Source: a virus
Taxonomy: Duplodnaviria; Caudoviricetes
Reading direction: 5' to 3' (one strand)
DNA: 61,695 nt
Virus record (IMG/VR): IMGVR_UViG_3300016722_000158
Coordinates: 1 to 61,695 of that record
Part shown: piece by piece, positions 29,391 to 39,806 of the stretch
Layout of the letters: each line of letters opens with the position of its first letter
Numbering within the stretch: position 1 is the stretch's first letter
Position numbers and translations under genes: made by a program
The notes under the pieces: generated by a model
Seen by the model: only the letters and a program-made list of their open reading frames with translations
The model's database searches: none
Told to the model about the DNA's origin: nothing

Positions 29391-31951
29391 TTGAATGTTA
29401 ATCTAAAAGTTGCACCATGTTTATAGAATAATCCATTTCCAAGAAATGAAATATCACCGTTTAAAATCTCTTTCATCTTATATCGTATAGTGCTTAACCC
29501 TATTCCTGATCCTCCTCTTCTATTTGTGATTCCTTCTTCAAAGATATCTTCGGTAGAAAATTTTTGTAAGTCAAGTCCAATACCATCGTCGGAAAAATCG
29601 ATAATGATTTGATTCTCATTCTTACTAAATTCGACATGTATTTTTTTTGAATTAGCCTTAAAAGAATTACTAACTAAATTATCCAAAATAACAGAGATGT
29701 CAAGTAGTGATGTTTTCTTTATTAAAGGGCCAGGGGCGTTCGATTTGAAAGAAATATCTTCTATTGTATTTGCATCCCTATAGTTTGTCAAATATTCTTG
29801 TACGTATTCAGATATATCAACTTTCGTATATTCTCCCAAAATATTAATATCAGCTTTTGTAAGAAGCTCACTTAATTTATTAATTCTTTGAACATGAAAG
29901 AGCATATAATCTAAATCTTTTTGAAAAGCAGTTGATTTAGGGAAATCCTTTAGCTCACTATTTATGTTTCTTACAGAGGTAGAAAGTGAGTTAGAAGATA
30001 TTTTAATCGTGTGTATTAGACCTTCAACCTCTGGAGTAATATGACGAGTTGAAATAAGGTATCTATTTTTTGATTTCTCAATATCTCGTTCACTCTCAGC
30101 GCGTTTTTTTTCTTCTTCCGCTTTTTCCCTTTTTTTCTCTTCCTCTAATCGTTTTTGTTCTGCTTCTTTTCTTTTGACTTCTTCTTCACGTCTTCCTAAT
30201 TCTGCTTCTTTAGCACGTATTTGTGCTAGCTTTTTTTGTTCTTCCTCCTCTTGTCTTCTATGCTCTGCCTCAATTCTGGACAATTCTGCAAGTCTGGCTT
30301 TTTCTTCCGCTTCAATTCTTTTAGTCTCTTCTTCTTTAGCTCTCTGTTCGGCTAATTCCTTATCTCTTTGAAGTTCTAAAATACGACGTTTGGCTTCATC
30401 TATATTAAAGAGCAAGTTACTGTCATTTAAATCTGCTGCTATTTTTTCTAAGTCAGAAATAAACTGTGGCTTGATGTTCTCTGAAGTTTCTGGGTCAGAT
30501 AATATATTGGCTAAATCTTCGTTATAATATAATATTTCAACATTTGAATCTCTGGTTAAGGTCTTAATGAGTTGAACAAAATCAATTTTACTGCCAATAC
30601 TAGAATTAAATATATATTCAGGAGTTTCATTTTCACTTTCTGCTTCCAATAATTTTTTACGCTCTTGTTCTGCAATATTTTGGTGACGAAAATATTCTTT
30701 CCGAAGAAATGCCTCTCCCCATAAAACACCACTTACATACCTTTCCAATCTACGGTGAGCTACAGTGAAAAATTTCATTAATTGTCTAGAAACATTTGTT
30801 TCTATAAATCCTCCATCTCTGCTGGAAACCTCTTTTAGGTCGTCTACGTTATCGGTAACTATGTCGACGCGCCCAAATAGATCTCGTGTCCCTATGTTAC
30901 GGCGAGTTCCTTGTTGTGATCTATAGTCTAATTTCCAGCTGTCATCTCCGGGAGCTCCAAATGGCATAATACGGAATCCATTTCTAAATAAAAATATAGA
31001 GCCATAATTGACAGGTTGAATACCCATCAATTTCGTAAAATTCATCTTAGCAGATCTATTAAGATAGTATAAGCTAATCTTGACGTCTTTCAATTCCGGA
31101 AAATTGATATTTTCTTCACGTATCTTATAAATATCAACTCCTCTATCTATAATTTTGGATTGAATGTTATTACCTGATAGTTCAACTTCTATTTGAGTCG
31201 TTTTGATCTCTAGAATTTTTGCAATGCTATTTTTCAGTATTCCATTAACAATATCACGATCATATCCCCCCTCTGAAATTATTTTTTTGTCCTTTTCTGA
31301 TTCACGTTCGCAAATAATTTCAATACCAAAGTCATTCGTTTCAGATAAAGGGTTAATTAATTTCTCCAAAGATCGTTTTAATTCTAAAATCTTTGTTCTA
31401 TCCCAATAATCTCCTAATGAGCCTATTTCTAATATGGTTCCTGTAATTTTATTTTTAGGGAAAGAAATATATTCTTTCGCCTTTGTATAATCAACATTAA
31501 TCTGTTCAAACTCAGTGTGCTGATCTTTTTCAAATTGACTCCAATCAACGTAGATCTGTTCTACGAACTCAGAGTCCGCTGATTTAGTCGAAAGCAATAA
31601 ATGCTTACCTAGACGATCACATGAAAAACGGCCTATTCCCTTTGCACCTGCATAATGCCGTTTTATATTATCCCTATATGATTGATGCTTCATATAGTCA
31701 TCTTCACTACCATCTTTTTTTGCCGAAAAGCCAAGAAATAGCCATTTGTCACGAACATCTTCAAAGGTCATCCCTTTACCATTATCTGCAATAATAATCT
31801 TATCGTCTTCAAATTTAATTTCAACTTTATTAGCATAAGCATCATAAGCATTTTTCACTAATTCAAATATAGCGATATAATCATTAGTAATTAAATCCTT
31901 TCCAATAAGATCTTTTAAGGCTGAACTAATTTTAAATCTCATGTGTTCCAT
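29387..31951 (-). CDS. MORC/GHKL ATPase fused to a histidine kinase (854 aa)
   Basis: N-terminal ELVKNAYDA, DNGKGM, GAKGIGRFS; long coiled coil; GLIHTIK His; second ATP-binding domain NLVSNS, DDGIG, IFEEGIT, GSGIGL. Confidence 0.88.
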   Translation of the reverse strand: MEHMRFKISSALKDLIGKDLITNDYIAIFELVKNAYDAYANKVEIKFEDDKIIIADNGKGMTFEDVRDKWLFLGFSAKKDGSEDDYMKHQSYRDNIKRHYAGAKGIGRFSCDRLGKHLLLSTKSADSEFVEQIYVDWSQFEKDQHTEFEQINVDYTKAKEYISFPKNKITGTILEIGSLGDYWDRTKILELKRSLEKLINPLSETNDFGIEIICERESEKDKKIISEGGYDRDIVNGILKNSIAKILEIKTTQIEVELSGNNIQSKIIDRGVDIYKIREENINFPELKDVKISLYYLNRSAKMNFTKLMGIQPVNYGSIFLFRNGFRIMPFGAPGDDSWKLDYRSQQGTRRNIGTRDLFGRVDIVTDNVDDLKEVSSRDGGFIETNVSRQLMKFFTVAHRRLERYVSGVLWGEAFLRKEYFRHQNIAEQERKKLLEAESENETPEYIFNSSIGSKIDFVQLIKTLTRDSNVEILYYNEDLANILSDPETSENIKPQFISDLEKIAADLNDSNLLFNIDEAKRRILELQRDKELAEQRAKEEETKRIEAEEKARLAELSRIEAEHRRQEEEEQKKLAQIRAKEAELGRREEEVKRKEAEQKRLEEEKKREKAEEEKKRAESERDIEKSKNRYLISTRHITPEVEGLIHTIKISSNSLSTSVRNINSELKDFPKSTAFQKDLDYMLFHVQRINKLSELLTKADINILGEYTKVDISEYVQEYLTNYRDANTIEDISFKSNAPGPLIKKTSLLDISVILDNLVSNSFKANSKKIHVEFSKNENQIIIDFSDDGIGLDLQKFSTEDIFEEGITNRRGGSGIGLSTIRYKMKEILNGDISFLGNGLFYKHGATFRLTFK

Positions 31952-33158
31952 TTTCCAACATTTTTAAAAGTACTAATCCGGCCTGTTCAGCGAATAAAGG
32001 AGGTATGGCATTTCCAATTTGGGTATACCGCGGAACTTCTACTTTACGCATTTTTCCCCCTGTAGTGTATTTTTTCTTAATTTCATACCAATCGGGAAAA
32101 GATTGGATACGAGCACACTCTCTTACAGTCATAATTCGCGGTTCGCAATAATGCAAATAGTCTTCAGGATGTCCAGTTATCGTTGGAGAAATGGTATCTG
32201 GATCCAAAATGATTATTCCTCTTTGTTTAATATTCCACGCTTCTCTTATTTTTCCATCAATTCTTTTTCCTCGAAGAGGATAATTCACAAGCAAATTTTG
32301 ATAGCATTCTAATTTTGATTGAGTATGTTTTGCGAAACTATGACTATCTGGTATCATATTATTTTGGGCATAATCACCACGAAGCAATCTTTGATATTTG
32401 GATTGAGATGCTCCATACTTTCCAGACATAAATCCCTTCCTGTCTGGAGAAGGGACCATTCCGTTTACCTTTAACAAATCTGAAATGGCATCTTTTAATG
32501 AAACATGTTCACTAATATCCTTTTTTGTTAGAAAATCTTTTTTATGATGGTTAAGCATTTTTTCAAATTGCTCTGCATCTCCTAGTTTTTTGTTGATTCC
32601 AACAAGAATAAAACGTTTTCGTCTTTGTGGAATGCCATATTTTGAAAAGTCTATAATATGTGGTTTTACGTTGTACCCGAGTTCCTTTAATTTATCTGCT
32701 ACAATCTGAGAGTATGGGATGCGGTTATTGTTCTCTTTTGTATTGAAAGCATATGTAAATCCTTTCACGTTTTCAAAAAGAATCATTTTGGGCTTTACTA
32801 ACTTTATAAACTCAATATATGAGAATACGAGCTTATTTCTTACGTCTTCTTCAACCCGCTTTCCTGCCATTGAAAAGCCTTGACAAGGTGGCCCCCCTGC
32901 CACTAAATCAACAAAACCTCGTAATGCTTTTAATTGTTTTTTGTATTTCTTTAAAACTTCGTCAATGTCGTGTGGAGTTTGTGGTAACCATTCAGGCCAA
33001 TTAAAGTGCTTTTTATTGTCTATAAGGTTAAATTTTAATGTATCAAATGCAAAAGCATTCTTTTCAATAGCGAATAATCCCTGCCATCCAGCTTCGTATA
33101 GCCCTAAAGACAGCCCTCCACACCCAGAGAATAGATCAATTACTGTTGGCTTATGCAT
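31932..33158 (-). CDS. dcm: DNA (cytosine-5)-methyltransferase
   Basis: DLFSGCGG, GGPPCQGFS, ENVKG, QRRKR, RIQSFPD, QIGNAIPP. Confidence 0.95.
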   Translation of the reverse strand: MHKPTVIDLFSGCGGLSLGLYEAGWQGLFAIEKNAFAFDTLKFNLIDNKKHFNWPEWLPQTPHDIDEVLKKYKKQLKALRGFVDLVAGGPPCQGFSMAGKRVEEDVRNKLVFSYIEFIKLVKPKMILFENVKGFTYAFNTKENNNRIPYSQIVADKLKELGYNVKPHIIDFSKYGIPQRRKRFILVGINKKLGDAEQFEKMLNHHKKDFLTKKDISEHVSLKDAISDLLKVNGMVPSPDRKGFMSGKYGASQSKYQRLLRGDYAQNNMIPDSHSFAKHTQSKLECYQNLLVNYPLRGKRIDGKIREAWNIKQRGIIILDPDTISPTITGHPEDYLHYCEPRIMTVRECARIQSFPDWYEIKKKYTTGGKMRKVEVPRYTQIGNAIPPLFAEQAGLVLLKMLENGTHEI

Positions 33159-33207
33159 CTTTTATAATATATTTTCTGCGAAAATACAACATTTTTATAT
33201 TAAAAAC

Positions 33208-33243
33208 GAAGGAAGCCCTAGAAAAATTCCAGAACTTCCTTCT
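33208..33243 (-). terminator. Terminator after the lysis cassette
   Basis: GAAGGAAG...CTTCCTTC stem followed by GTTTTT on the minus strand. Confidence 0.7.
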
Positions 33244-33276
33244 CTCAATCTAAAATTATCTCTTCAACCTCTCGGT

Positions 33277-33696
33277 TTACTTCTTCACTTTATATTTCAC
33301 TAATATATAAACTCCCGATGAAATAACCAACACAATCAATGCGATTATTGTGATTTTGCCGGTATTTATTTCTACTTTTTGCCACTTGGTGAGCTGTTTC
33401 TCTACCGGATAAGGAACATGGATAGAATCCGTTTTGTTTAAGTAAATGCTATCTGTGCCAAAAATGTACTTGTTCACGTATTTCGTCCGATACTTATTCC
33501 AAAATACGGTATCACCTTTGATGTACGAATAAATGGAATCGTGCAAATAGATGGAATCATGCTTTTGTACAAGTTTATCAATATACTTTGTTTCAGTCCG
33601 TACGCTTTCAACCGGTACATACTTAACCGATCGACATGAAGTCAATAACATCATAAATACAATGATGGTGTACATATACGTCTGCTTTCGCTTCAT
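33277..33696 (-). CDS. Spanin-like lipoprotein
   Basis: Lipobox LLTSC plus a C-terminal TM helix, downstream of the endolysin. Confidence 0.7.
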   Translation of the reverse strand: MKRKQTYMYTIIVFMMLLTSCRSVKYVPVESVRTETKYIDKLVQKHDSIYLHDSIYSYIKGDTVFWNKYRTKYVNKYIFGTDSIYLNKTDSIHVPYPVEKQLTKWQKVEINTGKITIIALIVLVISSGVYILVKYKVKK

Positions 33697-33700
33697 ATCA

Positions 33701-34111
33701 TCAATCTTTAATGGTTATCAAAACGTCTTCTTTACCAGACAAAGCATTTTTAATGCGTTTATTCAGTTCATCAGACCACTTGCGTGAATTAGTCAGTCCG
33801 CCTATCACGGTATTTTCGCCAACCAAAATACAACCTTCCGTATCTTCAGCCTTATCACCCGGATGAATACGAATAGCTTCAAACTGCGGAACGCCGTTAA
33901 CGAGTGGCATTACTCGCTTGAACTTGGGAGAGTAAGTCATCGTTACCCGGTAAGTCCCGGCAGGAATGGCCGTCCTGCCGAAAACTTTGGATTCTTTTGT
34001 AAGGTCTCTGACTTTATCTTCAAGTGTGTTACAGAAGTATTTCCCATCAATGGCCATCTTTCCGATGGTATACGTCTCTTTTTTCCAAAGTCTGTCAACC
34101 GTTATTCTCAT
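33701..34111 (-). CDS. DUF5675-family putative endolysin
   Basis: YTIG, CNTLED, TAIPAGTY, IRIHPG..DTEGCILVG. Confidence 0.82.
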   Translation of the reverse strand: MRITVDRLWKKETYTIGKMAIDGKYFCNTLEDKVRDLTKESKVFGRTAIPAGTYRVTMTYSPKFKRVMPLVNGVPQFEAIRIHPGDKAEDTEGCILVGENTVIGGLTNSRKWSDELNKRIKNALSGKEDVLITIKD

Positions 34112-34568
34112 TGTCTTTTTCCTCCTGTTGTTTGATGATATTGAAAATCTTATCGGCTTTGTCTTGTCCGTAAGCAGTGGCGATGCTTTGCATCATGGCG
34201 ATCGGATCATGTGTTTCAGTCCGTCCTTTATGCATGTTCTCCCGGATAGATATAACCTCTATGATTATCTCTGATATGGCACAAAGAGTACAAAGTACCG
34301 GAAAGTCAACAAAAAAGGAAAGGCAGCAATCTATCAGAAACATCAGGAAATAATACATCATATAGTCTCTGTCCTTACTTATAGTCTGACGAAGCCCGAA
34401 TGAGGTTGTTTTAAAGTTACCTAATCGCTTACTAGCCTTGATGCCGGTAACCAAGTCAAAGATACTTGATACGTTTATAATGACAGCCAAAACCGCAGAG
34501 ACAAGCAACCACATTGCTATTTTTGATGTTTCTCCTGTGAGGAGATACGATATAAATAACATCTTCAT
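34095..34568 (-). CDS. Putative holin
   Basis: 2-3 TM helices; DLVTGIKAS..TSFGLRQT..K and EVISIREN; overlaps the endolysin. Confidence 0.75.
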   Translation of the reverse strand: MKMLFISYLLTGETSKIAMWLLVSAVLAVIINVSSIFDLVTGIKASKRLGNFKTTSFGLRQTISKDRDYMMYYFLMFLIDCCLSFFVDFPVLCTLCAISEIIIEVISIRENMHKGRTETHDPIAMMQSIATAYGQDKADKIFNIIKQQEEKDNENNG

Positions 34569-34864
34569 TATTTGCCCTCCTCGCTTTCTGTGGTACCTTC
34601 CACTTTCGTTTTAATTTCGGTAACCAACTGATTGAAAACTGCTACGTGAGCAAACAAGGTACTGCCGTCATTTACATTGGCCGATGCATCATTACCGTAA
34701 GCCATATTTCCAAGATATTGTCCTTGCTTGTCTTTGATAGTACAGCCGCAGGCAGTCAGTTTTTTACCCACGTATCTGTACTCAATTTCATACTTGGCCG
34801 TCTCAGTTTCATAAGAACCGGTAACGGTCGTTTCAACTTTTGTTTCTGTAATCAAATTTGTCAT
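34568..34864 (-). CDS. Hypothetical tail-associated protein
   Basis: 98-aa ORF between tail fibre and holin. Confidence 0.6.
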   Translation of the reverse strand: MTNLITETKVETTVTGSYETETAKYEIEYRYVGKKLTACGCTIKDKQGQYLGNMAYGNDASANVNDGSTLFAHVAVFNQLVTEIKTKVEGTTESEEGK

Positions 34865-34869
34865 AATCT

Positions 34870-35130
34870 TTATTTTTTAGGATTGATAATCTTGTAAAAT
34901 CCCTCTTTGATGAAGCCTTTAAAGAACCTTTCCATGAACGTTTTCACGATTTCCACTTCTCCTTCAGATAGTTCAAGTTTTCCCTCAAGGTAAATCTTTC
35001 GGGCGAGTTCAAGTTCTCCGATATCCATCGTTTCACGATAAATAGTATTACCTAATTCTTTTGATATGTCCAGCACTTGTTCTTTGCCTTCAATATCCAT
35101 TGTCTTGAAATCTCTAAAATTAATCTTCAT
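34870..35130 (-). CDS. Hypothetical protein, possible tail fibre chaperone
   Basis: MKINF...ELGNTIY...ELARKIY; directly after the fibre gene. Confidence 0.6.
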   Translation of the reverse strand: MKINFRDFKTMDIEGKEQVLDISKELGNTIYRETMDIGELELARKIYLEGKLELSEGEVEIVKTFMERFFKGFIKEGFYKIINPKK

Positions 35131-35150
35131 TGTTATATTTATTTAGTTTG

Positions 35151-37307
35151 TTAATATGCCGATATAGATAATCCCCACCTATTATAAAAGGCGTCATATA
35201 CTGCTTTATATTCTTTTGCGTCTTTAATGGTTAATTGCGTCCCGTCGTTACCAGACCAATAAATTTGTGTTCCGTATCCACCTTCTGCCGCTATTATATA
35301 ATTTCCAGAAGTAAAGCGGTCTGATTTCATAAAAAAGACCTGTCCATCTTTGCACCCATGTGGGAGTGTAAGAGTAATAGTTCCAGAATTATTTCTTGTA
35401 ATTATATAGGAGTCCATCGTGGTCAAAGTCTGGCTGGTACTCACTCTTCTCAACTTATATCTGAAACCACAAATGCAGCCTTCTTCTATGTATAATGCAT
35501 TATTACCTGCCCTTGGATCGTCATCACCAAAATTAGAAATGCCCGTAGCTTTAATGTATACGCCAATATTACCATAGCCCCAGTCACCTCGTGCTGTCCT
35601 TGTTATTTCATACCGTGCTGGTGTATTGAATAAGCCACCCGAAGAAGATGGAAATACATTTGCACCAATAAGTACTGCAGATGTAGGTCCTGTAAATTTT
35701 ACTAAATTTGCATTTAACAATAAAGTATAAGTGCTCGAACCATCTTGCTGACTAGCAGCTAATGAACTAGGACTTATAGAAAATGGTCCGATAGTCCCTT
35801 CTGCCGCTGTTATCTTTCCGGATACATCGGCATTAGTCATTGTTACCGTATCGACGCTTAAATTTTTAATGGTGGCGTTACCCGCATCGATTGTTTGTGC
35901 ACTGATACCTTGTGCAACGACGTTTTTAACGTCTATCAAACTCATCTTAATAAAAGCACCGCTTATTAAGCCTTCCTCTTTCATCGCCTGCTCGACTAGG
36001 CTTTTATAAGCTAGTCCGCCCAAGCTTTTTGTTAAAGCGCCTAAGCTGTTCTTGGCATTATCTGCCGTACCCTGTGCGGTACTGATACGTCCGTTCACAT
36101 CACTATAATCGGATAAGGATTTGAACGAAACTATTCCTGTAAGACTGATCTTCTTACCCAACATTGAGATGCCGTCTGTGTCAATCGTGAATTGTGCCTT
36201 TATTTCGTCAGTAGTGGGTGTATCATCCACTTCTGTCGTATCAAGCACCGTAGCATAAGCCACATACCAAGTAACCGTTTCACTACCTGTCAAATAGAAA
36301 AAGTTTGTAGAACTGAATGTGCCGGTAGTCCCGCATGTCACCACACAAACATATTCTGTCCAAGTACCTGTCCCTTTTTGAGAAGTCAACCATTTTAGGC
36401 TTCCTCCCGACCCATAAGCGTTTGATGCCCAGTTTATCGTATAACCGATAGGAATATTAGCTATGATTCTGGTGACAAGAACCGCCCCCGCACGTGTCTG
36501 TGTTGCAAAATAGAAACCGCCCAAACCCGGAGAGGCTGTTCCTGTATTATCAACTTTCAAACAATAGCCCGAATTATTTGGATTTCCACTAATGCCCGAA
36601 GTCCGGACTACCGTAACCGTTCCCCCTCCGCTATTGTTATAGACGTTGGTACCATTATTTCCGCTCGAAAATGTCGGATCACGATACAACATCTTACCCC
36701 TCATATAAGAAGCGATGTTTGCCGTTTGTTGGGCGACGGTAAGGCATATTGCATCGGGTGTTATACTCGCTTCGGCCGATTTCATTCGACCGCCCAAATC
36801 AGTAACATCCTTTTGTGACGCTTTTAAAGCTATATCTTTCGAATTCTGTTCAATCTTAGTAGACTGCTCCAAAACAGTCTTGCCAAGAGTATCAACGGCG
36901 TTTTTAGTTGCATAGCTCGTCATTTGATCTCCTACAATTGACTGCGTATAGGATTTAACAATCGTATAATCAACGACGGTAAACGAATACCGCTCTATCT
37001 TGACAAAACTACCATAAACAATCTTTATATCGACATATCCCGATTTGGTATTGTTCGGTACGGACGCAATGGACACATTAAGCCCCGAAATGCCGGCAGA
37101 ACAATTGGAAACGGAATCGATTGAAATGACAGGAGTGACGGCCGTAGAACCCTGATAGAGTTTTACGGTCGTATTTGCCGCTGACAAACCATTTACGACC
37201 CCATTGGAATCGGCATTGAGCATAACGGAATAGGAGCTGAGAGAGCAGCTATAACCGTCCTTAGTCGCTCTCTTAACCGTAAATGTGTTCTGTGCCAGCA
37301 TCGTCAT
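35151..37307 (-). CDS. Tail fibre / receptor-binding protein
   Basis: Ser/Thr/Gly-rich; coiled coil IEQNSKDIALKAS; internal carbohydrate-binding-like module; ITAAEGTIGPF; C-terminal TITLTLP. Confidence 0.75.
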   Translation of the reverse strand: MTMLAQNTFTVKRATKDGYSCSLSSYSVMLNADSNGVVNGLSAANTTVKLYQGSTAVTPVISIDSVSNCSAGISGLNVSIASVPNNTKSGYVDIKIVYGSFVKIERYSFTVVDYTIVKSYTQSIVGDQMTSYATKNAVDTLGKTVLEQSTKIEQNSKDIALKASQKDVTDLGGRMKSAEASITPDAICLTVAQQTANIASYMRGKMLYRDPTFSSGNNGTNVYNNSGGGTVTVVRTSGISGNPNNSGYCLKVDNTGTASPGLGGFYFATQTRAGAVLVTRIIANIPIGYTINWASNAYGSGGSLKWLTSQKGTGTWTEYVCVVTCGTTGTFSSTNFFYLTGSETVTWYVAYATVLDTTEVDDTPTTDEIKAQFTIDTDGISMLGKKISLTGIVSFKSLSDYSDVNGRISTAQGTADNAKNSLGALTKSLGGLAYKSLVEQAMKEEGLISGAFIKMSLIDVKNVVAQGISAQTIDAGNATIKNLSVDTVTMTNADVSGKITAAEGTIGPFSISPSSLAASQQDGSSTYTLLLNANLVKFTGPTSAVLIGANVFPSSSGGLFNTPARYEITRTARGDWGYGNIGVYIKATGISNFGDDDPRAGNNALYIEEGCICGFRYKLRRVSTSQTLTTMDSYIITRNNSGTITLTLPHGCKDGQVFFMKSDRFTSGNYIIAAEGGYGTQIYWSGNDGTQLTIKDAKEYKAVYDAFYNRWGLSISAY

Positions 37308-37310
37308 ATC

Positions 37311-38375
37311 TTATCCCTCCAATTGACAACCGAAACTGGTTACCTGTCCGGATATTAAATCCGACTCTGAAATGGCCAGACTGTATTTTCCACTGGTGCT
37401 GTCAAGAGTGGCGGTCTTGTATCCGGATGTCCCCCATGTGGTATCGAGAACTCCAGCTGCGGTATTACGGTAAATCTTCACCGTCATCGTTGAAGTGAAT
37501 CCCGATGCGGTCATATAAGATGCCCCCTGGCGAATCATAAACTGAACGGTTGTCGAACCTCCGGAAACTACAGAGTCACCTGTAGGAAAGAATACGTCAA
37601 TGTCGTACGGGTCTGACATATCAACGAGTGATATGGTGTCGGATACCGTCTTGTTATAGGTTGAAGAACCCGAATCGGTGTCCTTGCAGGTACAACGGAA
37701 GATGGCCGTATTGAGTACTGCGCTTGACGGTATCGTAATCTCATTCGTGTTATAACCGGTTATACCGAGCGTATTGGATGATGTGATTGTCGTCCATGAA
37801 CCACCCGATAGAATCTCCCACGTATATGTTACATCCGTCGTATCGATAGTGGAACCACGATACATGTCACAGTGGGCTTTGAGTGTTGAAACCTGCCCAT
37901 TCTTGAATATCTGACCTTGTGGAGCGTATGCTACCGCTCTTATGCTTGTACCGGTATTCGATACCTTAACAATGTTGATTGTCGCTGTGATCGGAATTTC
38001 GACAAGTGTTGTAGGCTCCACATAAATGGCGTTAAAGACAATGCTATATTGCGAATCCGAAACTAGATTCTTTTTGATTGTCAGTGCATAAGGAGCCGAT
38101 GCCGATGCCGTTGCGCTGAACGTTGACAACGTTGCGCTTCCGTTGATGGTGATTGTGGGAGCCGCCTTTAATTTTGCGATCTGGTCGGAAGATTGCCCCG
38201 AGATATACAATGCAGGTGTAATCACGAGATACGGACTGGCCGCGAAGTCCGGTGCATACGTAGATGGATCGGGTGTGAATATCTGCGTAGTCGGAACGTT
38301 TGCCGATAAGACAAAGTTTAGTGTCTTACCGTTTACGATTCTCTTTATCGAGAATGATGTCTGTGCTTGAATCAT
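37311..38375 (-). CDS. Tail-associated protein with Ig-like domains
   Basis: Beta-rich, Thr/Ser-rich; VTYTW...FRCTCKD. Confidence 0.6.
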   Translation of the reverse strand: MIQAQTSFSIKRIVNGKTLNFVLSANVPTTQIFTPDPSTYAPDFAASPYLVITPALYISGQSSDQIAKLKAAPTITINGSATLSTFSATASASAPYALTIKKNLVSDSQYSIVFNAIYVEPTTLVEIPITATINIVKVSNTGTSIRAVAYAPQGQIFKNGQVSTLKAHCDMYRGSTIDTTDVTYTWEILSGGSWTTITSSNTLGITGYNTNEITIPSSAVLNTAIFRCTCKDTDSGSSTYNKTVSDTISLVDMSDPYDIDVFFPTGDSVVSGGSTTVQFMIRQGASYMTASGFTSTMTVKIYRNTAAGVLDTTWGTSGYKTATLDSTSGKYSLAISESDLISGQVTSFGCQLEG

Positions 38376-38393
38376 AACAATATGTTTTTTTAA

Positions 38394-39806
38394 TTAGAAA
38401 TTCGTTGTTGATATCACTGTTTTGTCATTATCGAGAAACTGACAGATGAAAGCCGTATCGCCTGCCAAATCCTGATAGGTAATGTCTATCGAAGAGGCGG
38501 AGGATTCATGCAGCTCGTTCCATGTAGGATCACCGGCTGTATTCTCCGACACTCTACTCCAAACGAATCGGGTTGACGGCAGCGTATCTGTTATGTCTTT
38601 CTCATTGTAGAATATCCGAATAGATAGAGTGGCTTTGTAGTTAGTTTGCCCTTCCGTATAGAACTCATACATGGGACTTGTAAACTTCTCAATCCGGTAC
38701 CCGGTATGCTGTGTTAAGTCCGTCACGCTACCATCTTCAGTCTGTATCCGGAATGATTTGGCAACGAATTCGTCCCCCTTAGGAGATAATACCGTTTTCC
38801 TTTTACCTTCTAACGAATAGGCATTCACGCCCGCATATTCGATAAATGCGGGAGCATCGTCACCGGTGACGACAATCTCGATCAGATTCTGTCTGTCGGT
38901 ATTTGTCCTGTTACCCATTTGGACGATAGAATCTCCAGCCGTAGGTATATCCGTTCCGTCACAGTCTGTCTTTGAAAGTTCAATATAATCGTCCCCGACA
39001 GCCGTGACAAGCCGCCAATAATACTTATTAGCCACACCTGTATATTTGCCCGCCTTGATGTTAAAAGTCTGACAGCGTGCCTGGTCGCCAACGGCAAAAC
39101 CGTTCGTCGTGGCCGTCGTTCCGTCATCAGCCAGGAAATAGCAACGATAAGTGTCTGAAGTCTCTTCTACACGGACAATTTTCGAACCTGCACTCGAGAA
39201 TATAATATTCCCACCAACGTACGAGAGTTCTCGAATTTCAAGACTATTAAAAATAGCTTTTACCCGTACGAACAACTCATCGACTTCGGCAATAAACTTA
39301 CCGTTCGCTTTTTTGTAAACGCCAAACCCAGAACCGAATTGACCCGATTCGAAATTGTCAGACTTCAGAAATGTCGTAACGATGCCACCAAGCAGCTTGA
39401 CGAGGAATTCGGTAGAATCTTCTTTGTCCTTGCGTAGAAACATGCCTGCTGCTTTCAATGCCGACAAGATGGAAGAATCTTTAATATCCGTATCACTGAT
39501 ATTGTCAGTCGAAAGGATGATGTCGGATAATGATTTGCCGCCGACTTGTATACCTTTGAGGAAAGTGATGATTTCAGAAGCCGTGTCAGCATCCGTTTTG
39601 GAAATAGCTCTATCCGAAATTTCCTTTAGAACCCTTAAAGATGATAAGATATTGGTATCTGATGGGGTAGAGGCATCTCCAATTTTTATAATATATGGTG
39701 AAGATCCTCCACTGCCGTTAGGTAGTTTGGATATTTTTAGATAAACCTCATTGCCTTCAACAATGAATTGTATATCGCTTTTTTCTTCATTAATATTATA
39801 CGGCAT
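38394..39806 (-). CDS. Proximal tail fibre protein
   Basis: Repeated ISKT..D.A...ITFLKG; EVDELFVRVKA; RCQTFN; YYWRLV; GDSIVQMG. Confidence 0.7.
   Translation of the reverse strand: MPYNINEEKSDIQFIVEGNEVYLKISKLPNGSGGSSPYIIKIGDASTPSDTNILSSLRVLKEISDRAISKTDADTASEIITFLKGIQVGGKSLSDIILSTDNISDTDIKDSSILSALKAAGMFLRKDKEDSTEFLVKLLGGIVTTFLKSDNFESGQFGSGFGVYKKANGKFIAEVDELFVRVKAIFNSLEIRELSYVGGNIIFSSAGSKIVRVEETSDTYRCYFLADDGTTATTNGFAVGDQARCQTFNIKAGKYTGVANKYYWRLVTAVGDDYIELSKTDCDGTDIPTAGDSIVQMGNRTNTDRQNLIEIVVTGDDAPAFIEYAGVNAYSLEGKRKTVLSPKGDEFVAKSFRIQTEDGSVTDLTQHTGYRIEKFTSPMYEFYTEGQTNYKATLSIRIFYNEKDITDTLPSTRFVWSRVSENTAGDPTWNELHESSASSIDITYQDLAGDTAFICQFLDNDKTVISTTNF

Noticed and set aside
35151-39806. Diversity-generating retroelement or invertible tail-fibre switch
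   Set aside because: No reverse transcriptase, template/variable repeat pair or invertase seen in the window
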